Below are positions 1-8,072 of a stretch of DNA of 64,000 nt, in pieces. The translations under genes and the position numbers were made by a program. Location of the stretch: the NCBI GenBank assembly GCA_977017575.1, contig CDRNVI010000014.1, forward strand, positions 248,001 to 312,000, read 5' to 3'. Each line of letters begins with the position of its first letter. Positions within the stretch are counted from its first letter, which is position 1. Source of the DNA: Paramoeba atlantica. Lineage: Eukaryota; Protista; Discosea. The notes below the pieces were generated by a model. The model was given only the letters and a program-made list of their open reading frames with translations. It ran no database searches and was not told where the DNA came from.

Positions 1-77
1 TTAACTGTGCAGCAAAATTGTAAATTTTTGGAAGGGGTTGAAATTTTTTTTAGGGGTCGACTTGTTTTTAATCGGTT

Positions 78-232
78 TATGACAGATAAGGGTGCGGCTT
101 ATATGACAGATAAGGGTGCGGCTTATATGACAGATAAGGGTGCATTATGACAGATAAGGGTGCTGTATGACAGATAAGGGTGCGAGTTTCTATGACAGAT
201 AAGGGTGCCGCGTTTATGACAGATAAGGGTGC
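78..232. repeat. Array of 7 identical 18-bp motifs (TATGACAGATAAGGGTGC) with 2-7 bp variable spacers
   Basis: Exact copies start at 78, 102, 126, 146, 166, 191 and 215. Spacers are GGCTTA, GGCTTA, AT, TG, GAGTTTC and CGCGTT. Confidence 0.97.
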
Positions 233-1038
233 GAGTGGGCCCCCCTAGACCCCCTATTTCTTTTCAATTTTTTTTTCAATTTTGGACCACCGGAGCCCCC
301 TTTTATATTTTTTTCCTTAGTACTGTATATTACTGTATTCCTCTTTATATTTTCACTGTTTTTGTTCACTTTTCTTTTCAATAATCGAGGGTAGAGCGGT
401 AGTTTTACAACCGCCGCAATAGTAATTACTAAAGTTACTATTTAAAAAGTAGTGATTGCTACTTTTATTCCTTGAGAAGAGCTTAGATCAAGTAGTTAGT
501 GATTTTTCTTCCAGCTGCTTTCAGGGGTGTGGATTTCGTCTTAATGAAGGAACTTGGAGTGGACGAAAATCACCCAGATCTACTAAAATCCCAGTTTACC
601 CCCCAGTGAGCTTGCTGCGCTATCATACATGTAATTCTAAAGAATATTCTAGTAGAATATTCTGTAGTGACTTTGAATGGGCTCCAATCTTTCAAATTTT
701 GGAATTATTGTTTTATGGTACTCAGAACGATTTTAAATTGAAAAGTAGTCGAAGTGGTCATTTCTTTTTTGTTTGTGCCGTTTGAGCGCAGGTGACCCGA
801 AATCTTTGATGATTGACAATCGTAGATTTAGGAAACGAATCGGTGCGCACGTCCTTGACAGAGCATCGCACACAACACAGAATACTCCAAATTTTCGACG
901 AATCAGCGTTTCCTCAGCAAGAAGCATTGAAAGAACAACCTTCTACCACTAGAGGTCAAACCGAAAAATGACGATGCCAAAGAAGTAGGCGTTAGAGTTT
1001 CGCATGCGAATTGCTAAAACTGCTCATTCTCATGCTCC

Positions 1039-1944
1039 CTACAGCAAATGACACAAGACGGCAACTACGGCAAGTATCGTAACAAAGCCTACCGAAATCC
1101 TCGGCTCCTCATAGGGTCCCGTTTTCATATGCTGCGCAGGTTTTAAACGCGCATACTCGGGAAACGGCAACAACCGCGTCCGCTGAAGTCCTAATTCCTG
1201 TAAATACGGAGGGAGTCGTGAGACATCCACCCCTCCGACAAAATCGTTCCCGTGGAGATAGAGTCCATGCAGGGTTCGAGGCAGTCGTAACAGGGAGATT
1301 CGCCCAGAGAGCGCGTTATCCCCTAGATGGAGGTTACGCAGCAGCCGAGGGAGGTGCTCCAAGTCCACGGTGCCATGGAACCTATTGTTCCCGAGGTGAA
1401 GGTTTTGTAATTTTGCCGGAAGCGATGTGAGGTCGAGCTCCCCTTGAAACTCATTCTGGGAGCCAAAAAAGTTTTCCATACTGGGTGGCAGCGAGCCTAG
1501 ATCCAGGGAGCCGGCGAATGAGTTCAAATTCAAAAACGCGTTGGTCATTTCCTCCCCCAGACACCGTAGCTCCACCTCCCCTCGGAGTTCATTCCCGGTA
1601 AGATGGAGATAGCGCACGGTGGAAGGTAGGTGGTGCCACGTGAGGTTACCCCGGAGCATTAAATAGTGCCATATCAGTCGCACCACACGCTGGTCCGCAT
1701 CACAGGCGACGTGCCGCCACGTGCAGGCTTTCTGGGAGGGCTTCCAGCTGTGGTGAAGATTCTCGTGGACGTGCTGGAGGAAAAGCAGCAGTGAGGTCTC
1801 TGGAGGGAGCATCGTATGACGTGCCTTCCCGAGCCGACTGCCTGAGGAGTGTGAAGGGGTAGGTTCGTATGTGAATACAGGAAGGATAGGGGTCATGTAA
1901 TATGGAAAGAGTTTAGGAAACAATGTCTGGATTGTAGTGTCCAT
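1039..1944 (-). CDS. Leucine-rich repeat protein (22-aa LPxxLxxLxLxxNxFxGxxDL repeats) with C-terminal hydrophobic tail
   Basis: Repeats such as LPAKLQNLHLGNNRFHGTVDLEH, an N-cap SWKPSQKACTWRHVAC, and a tail ISVGFVTILAVVAVLCHLL. The ORF track starts at TTG 1995; the first ATG is at 1944. Confidence 0.9.
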   Translation of the reverse strand: MDTTIQTLFPKLFPYYMTPILPVFTYEPTPSHSSGSRLGKARHTMLPPETSLLLFLQHVHENLHHSWKPSQKACTWRHVACDADQRVVRLIWHYLMLRGNLTWHHLPSTVRYLHLTGNELRGEVELRCLGEEMTNAFLNLNSFAGSLDLGSLPPSMENFFGSQNEFQGELDLTSLPAKLQNLHLGNNRFHGTVDLEHLPRLLRNLHLGDNALSGRISLLRLPRTLHGLYLHGNDFVGGVDVSRLPPYLQELGLQRTRLLPFPEYARLKPAQHMKTGPYEEPRISVGFVTILAVVAVLCHLL

Positions 1945-2053
1945 ATAGATTCGATTCTGTTTGTTACAGAAGAATAAAATGAAAAATAAACGCAAAATAT
2001 ATCACTACTACAATAAACAGCTGTATACACTATGCACAACGCACGGACTAGAA

Positions 2054-4528
2054 CTAATCTTCCAAAATGGCATTCCAATTTTGTTTTCCCTCTTCGTTTG
2101 CGGACTCGCCACAAGGAAGCAGCCCCCCTTCCCGAGACAACTCCCTCCGCAAGCTTTCCTGCACCGCTGGATGCTGCAAATACGGCTCTTTCAACGACCG
2201 CCCATGTACATCCACAAAACCACTCACCATCGCCGCAGTGAGCCTTAACGCCCGTGTCGGGGTCTTCGCCCCTCCCCTCCTCCCCCTCCCCGCGCCCAAA
2301 TTCGTCTCCATATGCCCCACCGCCTCCGTCGCCACCGCACTCGGTCGCAACGACACCGCCACAATCTCGGGAAAATACGGCAACGTGTACCTCTTCCATC
2401 CCCCCACCCTGTTCTTCCTCCCCCCCTGCCCCACCCCGTTCCTTCCTTCCTCCCCCTCCTCGTGCCCCCCGTACCTCCCCCTCCTGCCGCCCTCCACGAC
2501 GTAGCCCCCCTGGAGGCGCCTCACCGCGTTGTCCCCTGGCACGGCCCTCCACACGAGGTCGGCGCGGGCCGCGACGACCTGGGGGTGGGTGAGGTAGGGG
2601 TTGGTGGGGTCGCCGGGGCAGCGCGTGAGGTTGCGCCGGGGGGAGGGGGTGGGCTGGAGGTGGGGGGGGTAGGCGGTGAGGGGGTCGCGGTGGGGGGCGA
2701 GGGCGTGGAGGGTGGTGAGGTAGGGGAGGGAGGTGAGCTTGCGGAGGGCACGGGCGAGGGGGGTGAGGGGGGGCGGGCGGGAGGTGCGTGTGGGGGCAGG
2801 CGTCGTGGGGGGAGTAGCGGTGTGGGGAGGAGGGATGAGCGTCGTAGGGGGAGTGGGGGTTGTTGGGGTAAGGGAAGTAGGGATAAGAGCCGTAGGGGTA
2901 GAGGGAGAGGTAGGGGTAGAGGGAGTGGTAGGGGTAGAGGGAGTGGTAGGGATAAGAGTCGTAGGGGTAGAGGGAGTAGTAGGGGTAGAGGGAGGGGTAG
3001 AGGTAAGGGAAGTTGGGGTAGAGGGAGTTGTAGGGATAAGAGTCGTGGAGGTAGGGGTGATAGTCGTAGGGGTAGAGGGAGTGGTGAGCGTCGTAGAGGT
3101 GGGGATGGTGGGGTTTGAGGTAGGGAGAGGAGGGATAAGGGTGATAGAGGTAGAGGTAAGGGAAATAGGGGTAGAGGGAGTGGTGGTGCAAGAGGGGGTA
3201 GGGGTGACGGGGGTAGGGGTAGGGGGTGCAGTGGTCCCGCGTACATGTGTTTTGGAAGGTGCTTGTGAGAGAGTTGTATCTGTGGGGGTGAGTATATGGG
3301 GGAGGAGAGTGTCGTGGGAGGATAATTCCTGCGCAACAGGAGTTGTATTCCTTTCGTTGGTTACGGGGTGAGGAAGTGATTCACGTGCTGGGTCAGTTAC
3401 GACGTGGCTTGTTTCTTCGTCAAGCCGTGTGCCCATTGTAGTGCTCGAGACTAACTGAGGGTTCATTTCATCGATCACAGAAGACGCATTCAAAAGAAAA
3501 TCTTTGTTCCTTTGAACGAACCAATCCCATTGCCACGCCCTTTCATGTGCGGTATTGAGTGGCGGGGGGAGCCTCGGTCGTTCCTTCATCTGCGGAAGCG
3601 CTGCCAACTCTTTCGCGCTTAACATACGCCGAGAAAGTCGACGGAATTCCCGAGCCGAAAGCATGGAGGTTGGAATCGTACGCACGCAGTGGTTCACCAT
3701 ATCGAACCGCAGTGTATCCATCCCTCCTAACGTCTTGGTACCGCATGCAATGACTGGAACTTCCACTCCTTTTGCCCGTAGCTGCAAAGTTATCTCCATG
3801 GGATCGGCGCCATATTTTTCGCACCCTGTCAGCAGCACGGTGAAACTTCCCACCGGGAGATCACGTTGCATAAACTGCAGCATGTCCATGTCGCGTACCG
3901 CCAGTCGGTTGTTCCCCGTCGGGGTGACACAGTAATAAATTTGTCGCGCATTGGGGCGAAAACGAATGAAGTTGTAAATCAAACACGCATGTTCTAGGAC
4001 AGTGCTCCAGCTCACCCAGCGACCCCCATAGGCGGGAGTGTCGACTATGTAGAAACTCTCCCCGACCAAAAACGTGTTCATGGCGTAACAAAACAGTGGA
4101 CGTCGGGCACGGTTCGCAGCGGCGCTGCCTTTTTTAAAAACCGCTCGAAGGAGATTGTTCTTTCCGCTGGGGACGCTGCCGCATAACATGACTTCCGGAA
4201 CCGCGGGGTTTCCCTCGGGAAGGTACGTAATATTGCGGCTGACGCCTACGTGGCGCACCCCTTTGCGAAAAGTGGCGTCCGCGATTTCGGCGATGTGAAG
4301 GTCACGTTTCTCTTGATTGCAGAGGGAACGACTGCTGGAAGGGGTATTATTTGTACCGTTCTCTGTGAAGGATTCTGATGCTTGGGTAGTAGGAGACGAC
4401 TCAACAAGATTGCGCTGCTTGGATGTGGTCTTAGAAAGACGCGGAACCCATCCCTTTACCTTTGTTCTTAGGCGATGTCCGTAGAGCTTTGTGCTCAAGT
4501 TGTGGTGAAGCCGACAAACGCGAAGCAT
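2054..4528 (-). CDS. EngB/YsxC-family GTPase-like protein, probably mitochondrial, with a long Pro/Thr/Ser low-complexity C-terminal half
   Basis: PEVMLCGSVPSGKN resembles the EngB G1 context PEIAFxGRSNVGKS, and YIVDTPAYG resembles the G3 context DxPGYG. The N-terminus is MLR-type and basic. Confidence 0.7.
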   Translation of the reverse strand: MLRVCRLHHNLSTKLYGHRLRTKVKGWVPRLSKTTSKQRNLVESSPTTQASESFTENGTNNTPSSSRSLCNQEKRDLHIAEIADATFRKGVRHVGVSRNITYLPEGNPAVPEVMLCGSVPSGKNNLLRAVFKKGSAAANRARRPLFCYAMNTFLVGESFYIVDTPAYGGRWVSWSTVLEHACLIYNFIRFRPNARQIYYCVTPTGNNRLAVRDMDMLQFMQRDLPVGSFTVLLTGCEKYGADPMEITLQLRAKGVEVPVIACGTKTLGGMDTLRFDMVNHCVRTIPTSMLSAREFRRLSRRMLSAKELAALPQMKERPRLPPPLNTAHERAWQWDWFVQRNKDFLLNASSVIDEMNPQLVSSTTMGTRLDEETSHVVTDPARESLPHPVTNERNTTPVAQELSSHDTLLPHILTPTDTTLSQAPSKTHVRGTTAPPTPTPVTPTPSCTTTPSTPISLTSTSITLIPPLPTSNPTIPTSTTLTTPSTPTTITPTSTTLIPTTPSTPTSLTSTPPSTPTTPSTPTTLIPTTPSTPTTPSTPTSPSTPTALIPTSLTPTTPTPPTTLIPPPHTATPPTTPAPTRTSRPPPLTPLARALRKLTSLPYLTTLHALAPHRDPLTAYPPHLQPTPSPRRNLTRCPGDPTNPYLTHPQVVAARADLVWRAVPGDNAVRRLQGGYVVEGGRRGRYGGHEEGEEGRNGVGQGGRKNRVGGWKRYTLPYFPEIVAVSLRPSAVATEAVGHMETNLGAGRGRRGGAKTPTRALRLTAAMVSGFVDVHGRSLKEPYLQHPAVQESLRRELSREGGLLPCGESANEEGKQNWNAILED
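2840..3240. repeat. Coding minisatellite (GTAGGGGTAGAGGGAGT-like units) encoding TPSTP/TLIPT repeats
   Basis: Degenerate tandem G-rich units almost devoid of C on the + strand, inside the EngB-like ORF. Boundaries are approximate. Confidence 0.8.
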
Positions 4529-4879
4529 CGTAATATTTTAATTTATTAAATTAACTTAATTAGAGTTCTCTAGCTTTCTAATCTATATTTCATAATTTAT
4601 TCTACATTTAATCCACAATTTACTCTACGTGAAAATAATTGAGAGATAGAAACATGGAGAAAAATTACGGAACACGTAGATAGTCGACTCCTTGTAAACA
4701 GACTGCACGCAGCTTCAACAAATTTTCTTGTAACCTATATTCTCATGAGTTTTGCGTTGTTTTTCTATTGAACGAACGATAAGAAAAGACCGTAGCATAC
4801 GATGCCATTTGTAAGGAAATACGTTTATAAGGAAATGTACACGCACTTTATGATACGAAAGTAACCGTAGTCACTGTTC

Positions 4880-6961
4880 TCATAATAATAAGGAGTCTAG
4901 GTCAATGATGTTTTTGTCTATTTTCGTTGATGTCATCTCAAGCTGCTGCTCGTTCTCCAATGATGATGTGTTGCCAAAGTTTCCGTTTTCAATAGCTGGG
5001 ACTGCAGTTTGCACCTTTACTCTTTTCTGATAATACGCTTTAAGTTGCTCTATATCGCTGCTGTGAAGAAGGGGTTGTTTCAGTGCTGTTTGACGTGGAT
5101 AAAGTACGGAACAAAAGCCGATCTTACGGTCCGATGAGCGTAAAGATAGGTCAGACCGTTTTTCCCTGCAACAAGAGATTTTGCATCCCAAAATACAGCT
5201 ATTGTCTCCGAAACTAAAAAGATTCTTTTCGAGTACTTGAATTTCAGAGTCGGACGCCCGAGGTGGGTCTGTTGAGATACCGTTCTGCAAAAATAAGGAA
5301 GAGCGTACGCTGGTGTCTTCCACTGTAAGAAGGCGCCAGTAAAATAGAGCTCTTTCGCGTAGTTCAGTGTTGTCATTATCCGCATGTAATTGGAGTAAGC
5401 TATAAAGATAATCTTGTATTTGAGTCGAAGGAGCAGAAACGAATAATTTAGAAGTCGCTGTGAGCAGGGCAAGCTGTTCTTCAACGCATAAAGGTTCACA
5501 GTGCTCCGCAACTAGTTCAATATTGCAAAATGCAGATTCCTCAAAGTCTTTGGCAAAGCTACCGATGAGCCATAAGAACGAAATCCGACCCACTGTTCCA
5601 CTAGAAGCTATGGATTCCGCAACTTTGGAGCAAACTGACGCGACAGATTTTACATATAGGCTAGGGTAACGACGTAAGTGATCGACAAGCCCATGTAAGA
5701 CGGTTTCTAAAACTACACCGTTCTCGGCTGAGTGTTCCAGAGAAGCAATGAGTCCTTGAAACACTGTCGAACGAAGACCTTCCCAACGAAGTCCTACCCA
5801 CGCGTACGAATATATGGCGTGAATTGCCACACTTTGTTCTGGTGAGTGACTCCACCTTAGAATTGGGTTCAATATTGGAAGTACGTCGTCTGGACGAGAA
5901 AATCTAACTAGGAGAGATAGCTTCTCAATTTGAACAGACGGAGTATCTTGACTTTTCGGTAACAAAGCTTGTAGATCGGTGGATGACAAGCTGTGATTGT
6001 GAAGATAACGCGACAACAAGCCTAAAAAATGCAATGCTGCGAATTTAGTGTCATCTTCGTAACTCAGAAGCGCCATAGATAAAAGTGCATCCACAAGTCG
6101 AGCGGTATATGTACTCCTTTTGATATCATTAGTAATAGATCGAGATAACAGTGCATGAATAGCTAGTCGCACAGCGGCCATTACAACGCCTCCGTTGGAA
6201 TGATGTAAGCGGGTACATGCTTTTTCTAATAGCAACTCAGAACTAACAGCGTCAATTTCGAGTGATTGAAGATAGCCAAGAATTGAGCACTGGTCCCATG
6301 AATCACAGTGGTCCAAGGCCTCAATTAAAATTTGACACTCTTCTTCTGTACATCCTTCATAACTCACATCTTTGGTGTTCTCTTTCTGTTGCCACACAGA
6401 AAAAAGGACGTACGCAGCTGCTGCTATTACAGAAGGTTGCTTCGCACTGAGAAGAAGGTCTCGAATTTTTGACATCCATGCACGTTGCGTAACTTCGGTC
6501 AAGGCGACCGCGGTAAATCGTGAGCATGCTAGAAGTGCGGAACGAAGGACATGCGTATTGGTTTCACTGCGTAGACAATGCACAATGTAGCTGTTTAAGA
6601 CATCTACAAGTGACTGATGCGCAAGTATACCCAAAATTCTCCACAGTTGGGCCCTGAGTATGGGATTATCTTGACCTAGCTCCCGGCAGAGGGTAGGTGC
6701 CAAGGCTCGTAGTTTTTCCGGATCGTGCGGTGCACTAATCTCAAGATACAAGTAAATTTGGCTACGTAGGTCAGCTGGAGCACGGGATATTAATCGCACA
6801 GTGTCCTGAAGATGCAAGAAAGCACTGCTTTCGAATGAGAAAGAAATTTGATGAATCAAACGTTGCACGGCGTGCCGCTGACGAGAAACATCACCACAAG
6901 CAAGGTCATGCTTAATTTCAGTAGCTTCCTCACGCAGACGGGTTAACACCTTGGTACTCAT
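4880..6961 (-). CDS. Divergent adaptor protein complex beta subunit (beta-adaptin, trunk only)
   Basis: Motifs CDSWDQCSILGYL, LHHSNGGVVMAAVRL, FLWLIGSFA, EQLALLTATSKLF and NDNTELRERALFYWRLL follow the order of the Adaptin_N trunk. Confidence 0.85.
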   Translation of the reverse strand: MSTKVLTRLREEATEIKHDLACGDVSRQRHAVQRLIHQISFSFESSAFLHLQDTVRLISRAPADLRSQIYLYLEISAPHDPEKLRALAPTLCRELGQDNPILRAQLWRILGILAHQSLVDVLNSYIVHCLRSETNTHVLRSALLACSRFTAVALTEVTQRAWMSKIRDLLLSAKQPSVIAAAAYVLFSVWQQKENTKDVSYEGCTEEECQILIEALDHCDSWDQCSILGYLQSLEIDAVSSELLLEKACTRLHHSNGGVVMAAVRLAIHALLSRSITNDIKRSTYTARLVDALLSMALLSYEDDTKFAALHFLGLLSRYLHNHSLSSTDLQALLPKSQDTPSVQIEKLSLLVRFSRPDDVLPILNPILRWSHSPEQSVAIHAIYSYAWVGLRWEGLRSTVFQGLIASLEHSAENGVVLETVLHGLVDHLRRYPSLYVKSVASVCSKVAESIASSGTVGRISFLWLIGSFAKDFEESAFCNIELVAEHCEPLCVEEQLALLTATSKLFVSAPSTQIQDYLYSLLQLHADNDNTELRERALFYWRLLTVEDTSVRSSLFLQNGISTDPPRASDSEIQVLEKNLFSFGDNSCILGCKISCCREKRSDLSLRSSDRKIGFCSVLYPRQTALKQPLLHSSDIEQLKAYYQKRVKVQTAVPAIENGNFGNTSSLENEQQLEMTSTKIDKNIIDLDSLLL

Positions 6962-7178
6962 AGATTCATAAATAGTCTAAAAAAATGGAATGAAAAAGCT
7001 ATGTTCATTCTTTTCTTTTCTAGAATTACATGAACGTAGAAAATTTTATTTTCTACGAATGCATGATTAACGGCACTGAATGCACCCTACGCTTTATAGT
7101 CGTAGCGCTACCTGCATACTGTAGATCCTACCATCCAGATTTTCCCACTAACTGTTCGCATACATTTTCAAAAGAAAA

Positions 7179-7245
7179 TCAGTCGGGGAAAGAAGGCTAT
7201 TCAATCAGAATGTAATCAGAGACTCCAGTATCTTGTTGTCATCAT
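7179..7245 (-). ncRNA. Box C/D snoRNA copy 1 (double guide, LSU rRNA)
   Basis: The minus strand reads ATGATGA (box C) - CAACAAGATACTGGAGTCT - CTGA (D') - TTAC - ATTCTGA (C'-like) - TTGAATAGCCTTCTTTCCCCGA - CTGA (D). The guides are antisense to the conserved LSU segments CGGGGAAAGAAG and GACUCYAGU. Confidence 0.85.
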
Positions 7246-7392
7246 AAAAAATGAGCTTTGCTAGAATTGCATGTTTTACTTTTTTCAAACAAATTCCAAC
7301 GAGAGTCGACGTACACGTATTATTCAATACTTTCTAAAAGTAAATCATAAACATTTATGGAAAGTACGTTTTCCAATTTTCAAAAAAAAAGT

Positions 7393-7456
7393 TCAGTCGG
7401 GGAAAGGCTATTCAATCAGAATGTAATCAGAGACTCCAGTGTCTTGTTGTCATCAT
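7393..7456 (-). ncRNA. Box C/D snoRNA copy 2 (3-nt deletion in D guide)
   Basis: Same boxes as copy 1. The D guide is GCCTTTCCCCGA, lacking 3 nt. Confidence 0.75.
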
Positions 7457-7610
7457 AAAAAACGAGCATTGCTACTCTACCTATTGCATATTTTATTTTT
7501 TTCAAATAAGATTCCAACGAGAGTCGACGTACACGTATTATTCGATACTTTCTAAAAGCAAGTCAAAAATATTTATGGAAAGTACGTTTTCCAATTTTCA
7601 AAAAAAAAGT

Positions 7611-7677
7611 TCAGTCGGGGAAAGAAGGCTATTCAATCAGAATGTAATCAGAGACTCCAGTGTCTTGTTGTCATCAT
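7611..7677 (-). ncRNA. Box C/D snoRNA copy 3
   Basis: Same boxes and a full-length D guide CTTCTTTCCCCG. The D' guide is CAAGACACTGGAGTC. Confidence 0.85.
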
Positions 7678-8072
7678 AAAAAACGAGCATTGCTACTCTA
7701 CCTATTGTATATTTTACTTTTTTCAAATGAAATTCCAACGAGAGTTGACACACACGTATTATTCGGTACTTTCTAAAAGCAAATCCTTTTCTCCATTTTT
7801 CACACTCAGACCTCTCTCAACTTAACACATTCCCTGTAAAGGATATTTCGTTTGCCGAAGAAATCTTACTTCGAGCAAACCTCCTGTCTAGAGCGAATCG
7901 AAATGCAGAGAGTGGCTAAGAAAACATAGGTTGGTGACACAGAAGGTTGTATACAACCTTCTTTAGGTTGTATTATAAGGCACTACACAAGGCACCCTAT
8001 GCAGTATTAGTCGCTTCGTTAAACCCGGTGATTGTTTTCAAAGTAGAAGTCGCTCATGCTGCGCGCTAACTA

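Larger units (their letters stand above)
7179..7786. repeat. Tandem repeat of about 215 bp, about 2.8 copies, carrying a snoRNA
   Basis: Units start TCAGTCGGGGAAAG at 7179, 7393 and 7611 (214 and 218 bp, the third partial). They are near-identical with small indels. Confidence 0.95.

Noticed and set aside
78-232. CRISPR array
   Set aside because: Spacers are only 2-7 bp and two are identical, there are no cas genes, and the context is eukaryotic.
456-927. ORFs 456..785 (+) and 733..927 (-); possible transposase pseudogene
   Set aside because: No recognisable motifs. Other frames have many stops, and I found no convincing DDE similarity.
1893-3371. Long alternative-frame and antisense ORFs (1893..3191, 2312..3118, 2521..3336, 2733..3371)
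   Set aside because: They are stop-poor by-products of the low-complexity skewed sequence inside the EngB-like CDS.
7179-7786. Spliced-leader RNA gene array
   Set aside because: No mini-exon core (ACAGTTTCTGTAC...TTG) on either strand. C/D boxes with rRNA guides explain the unit.
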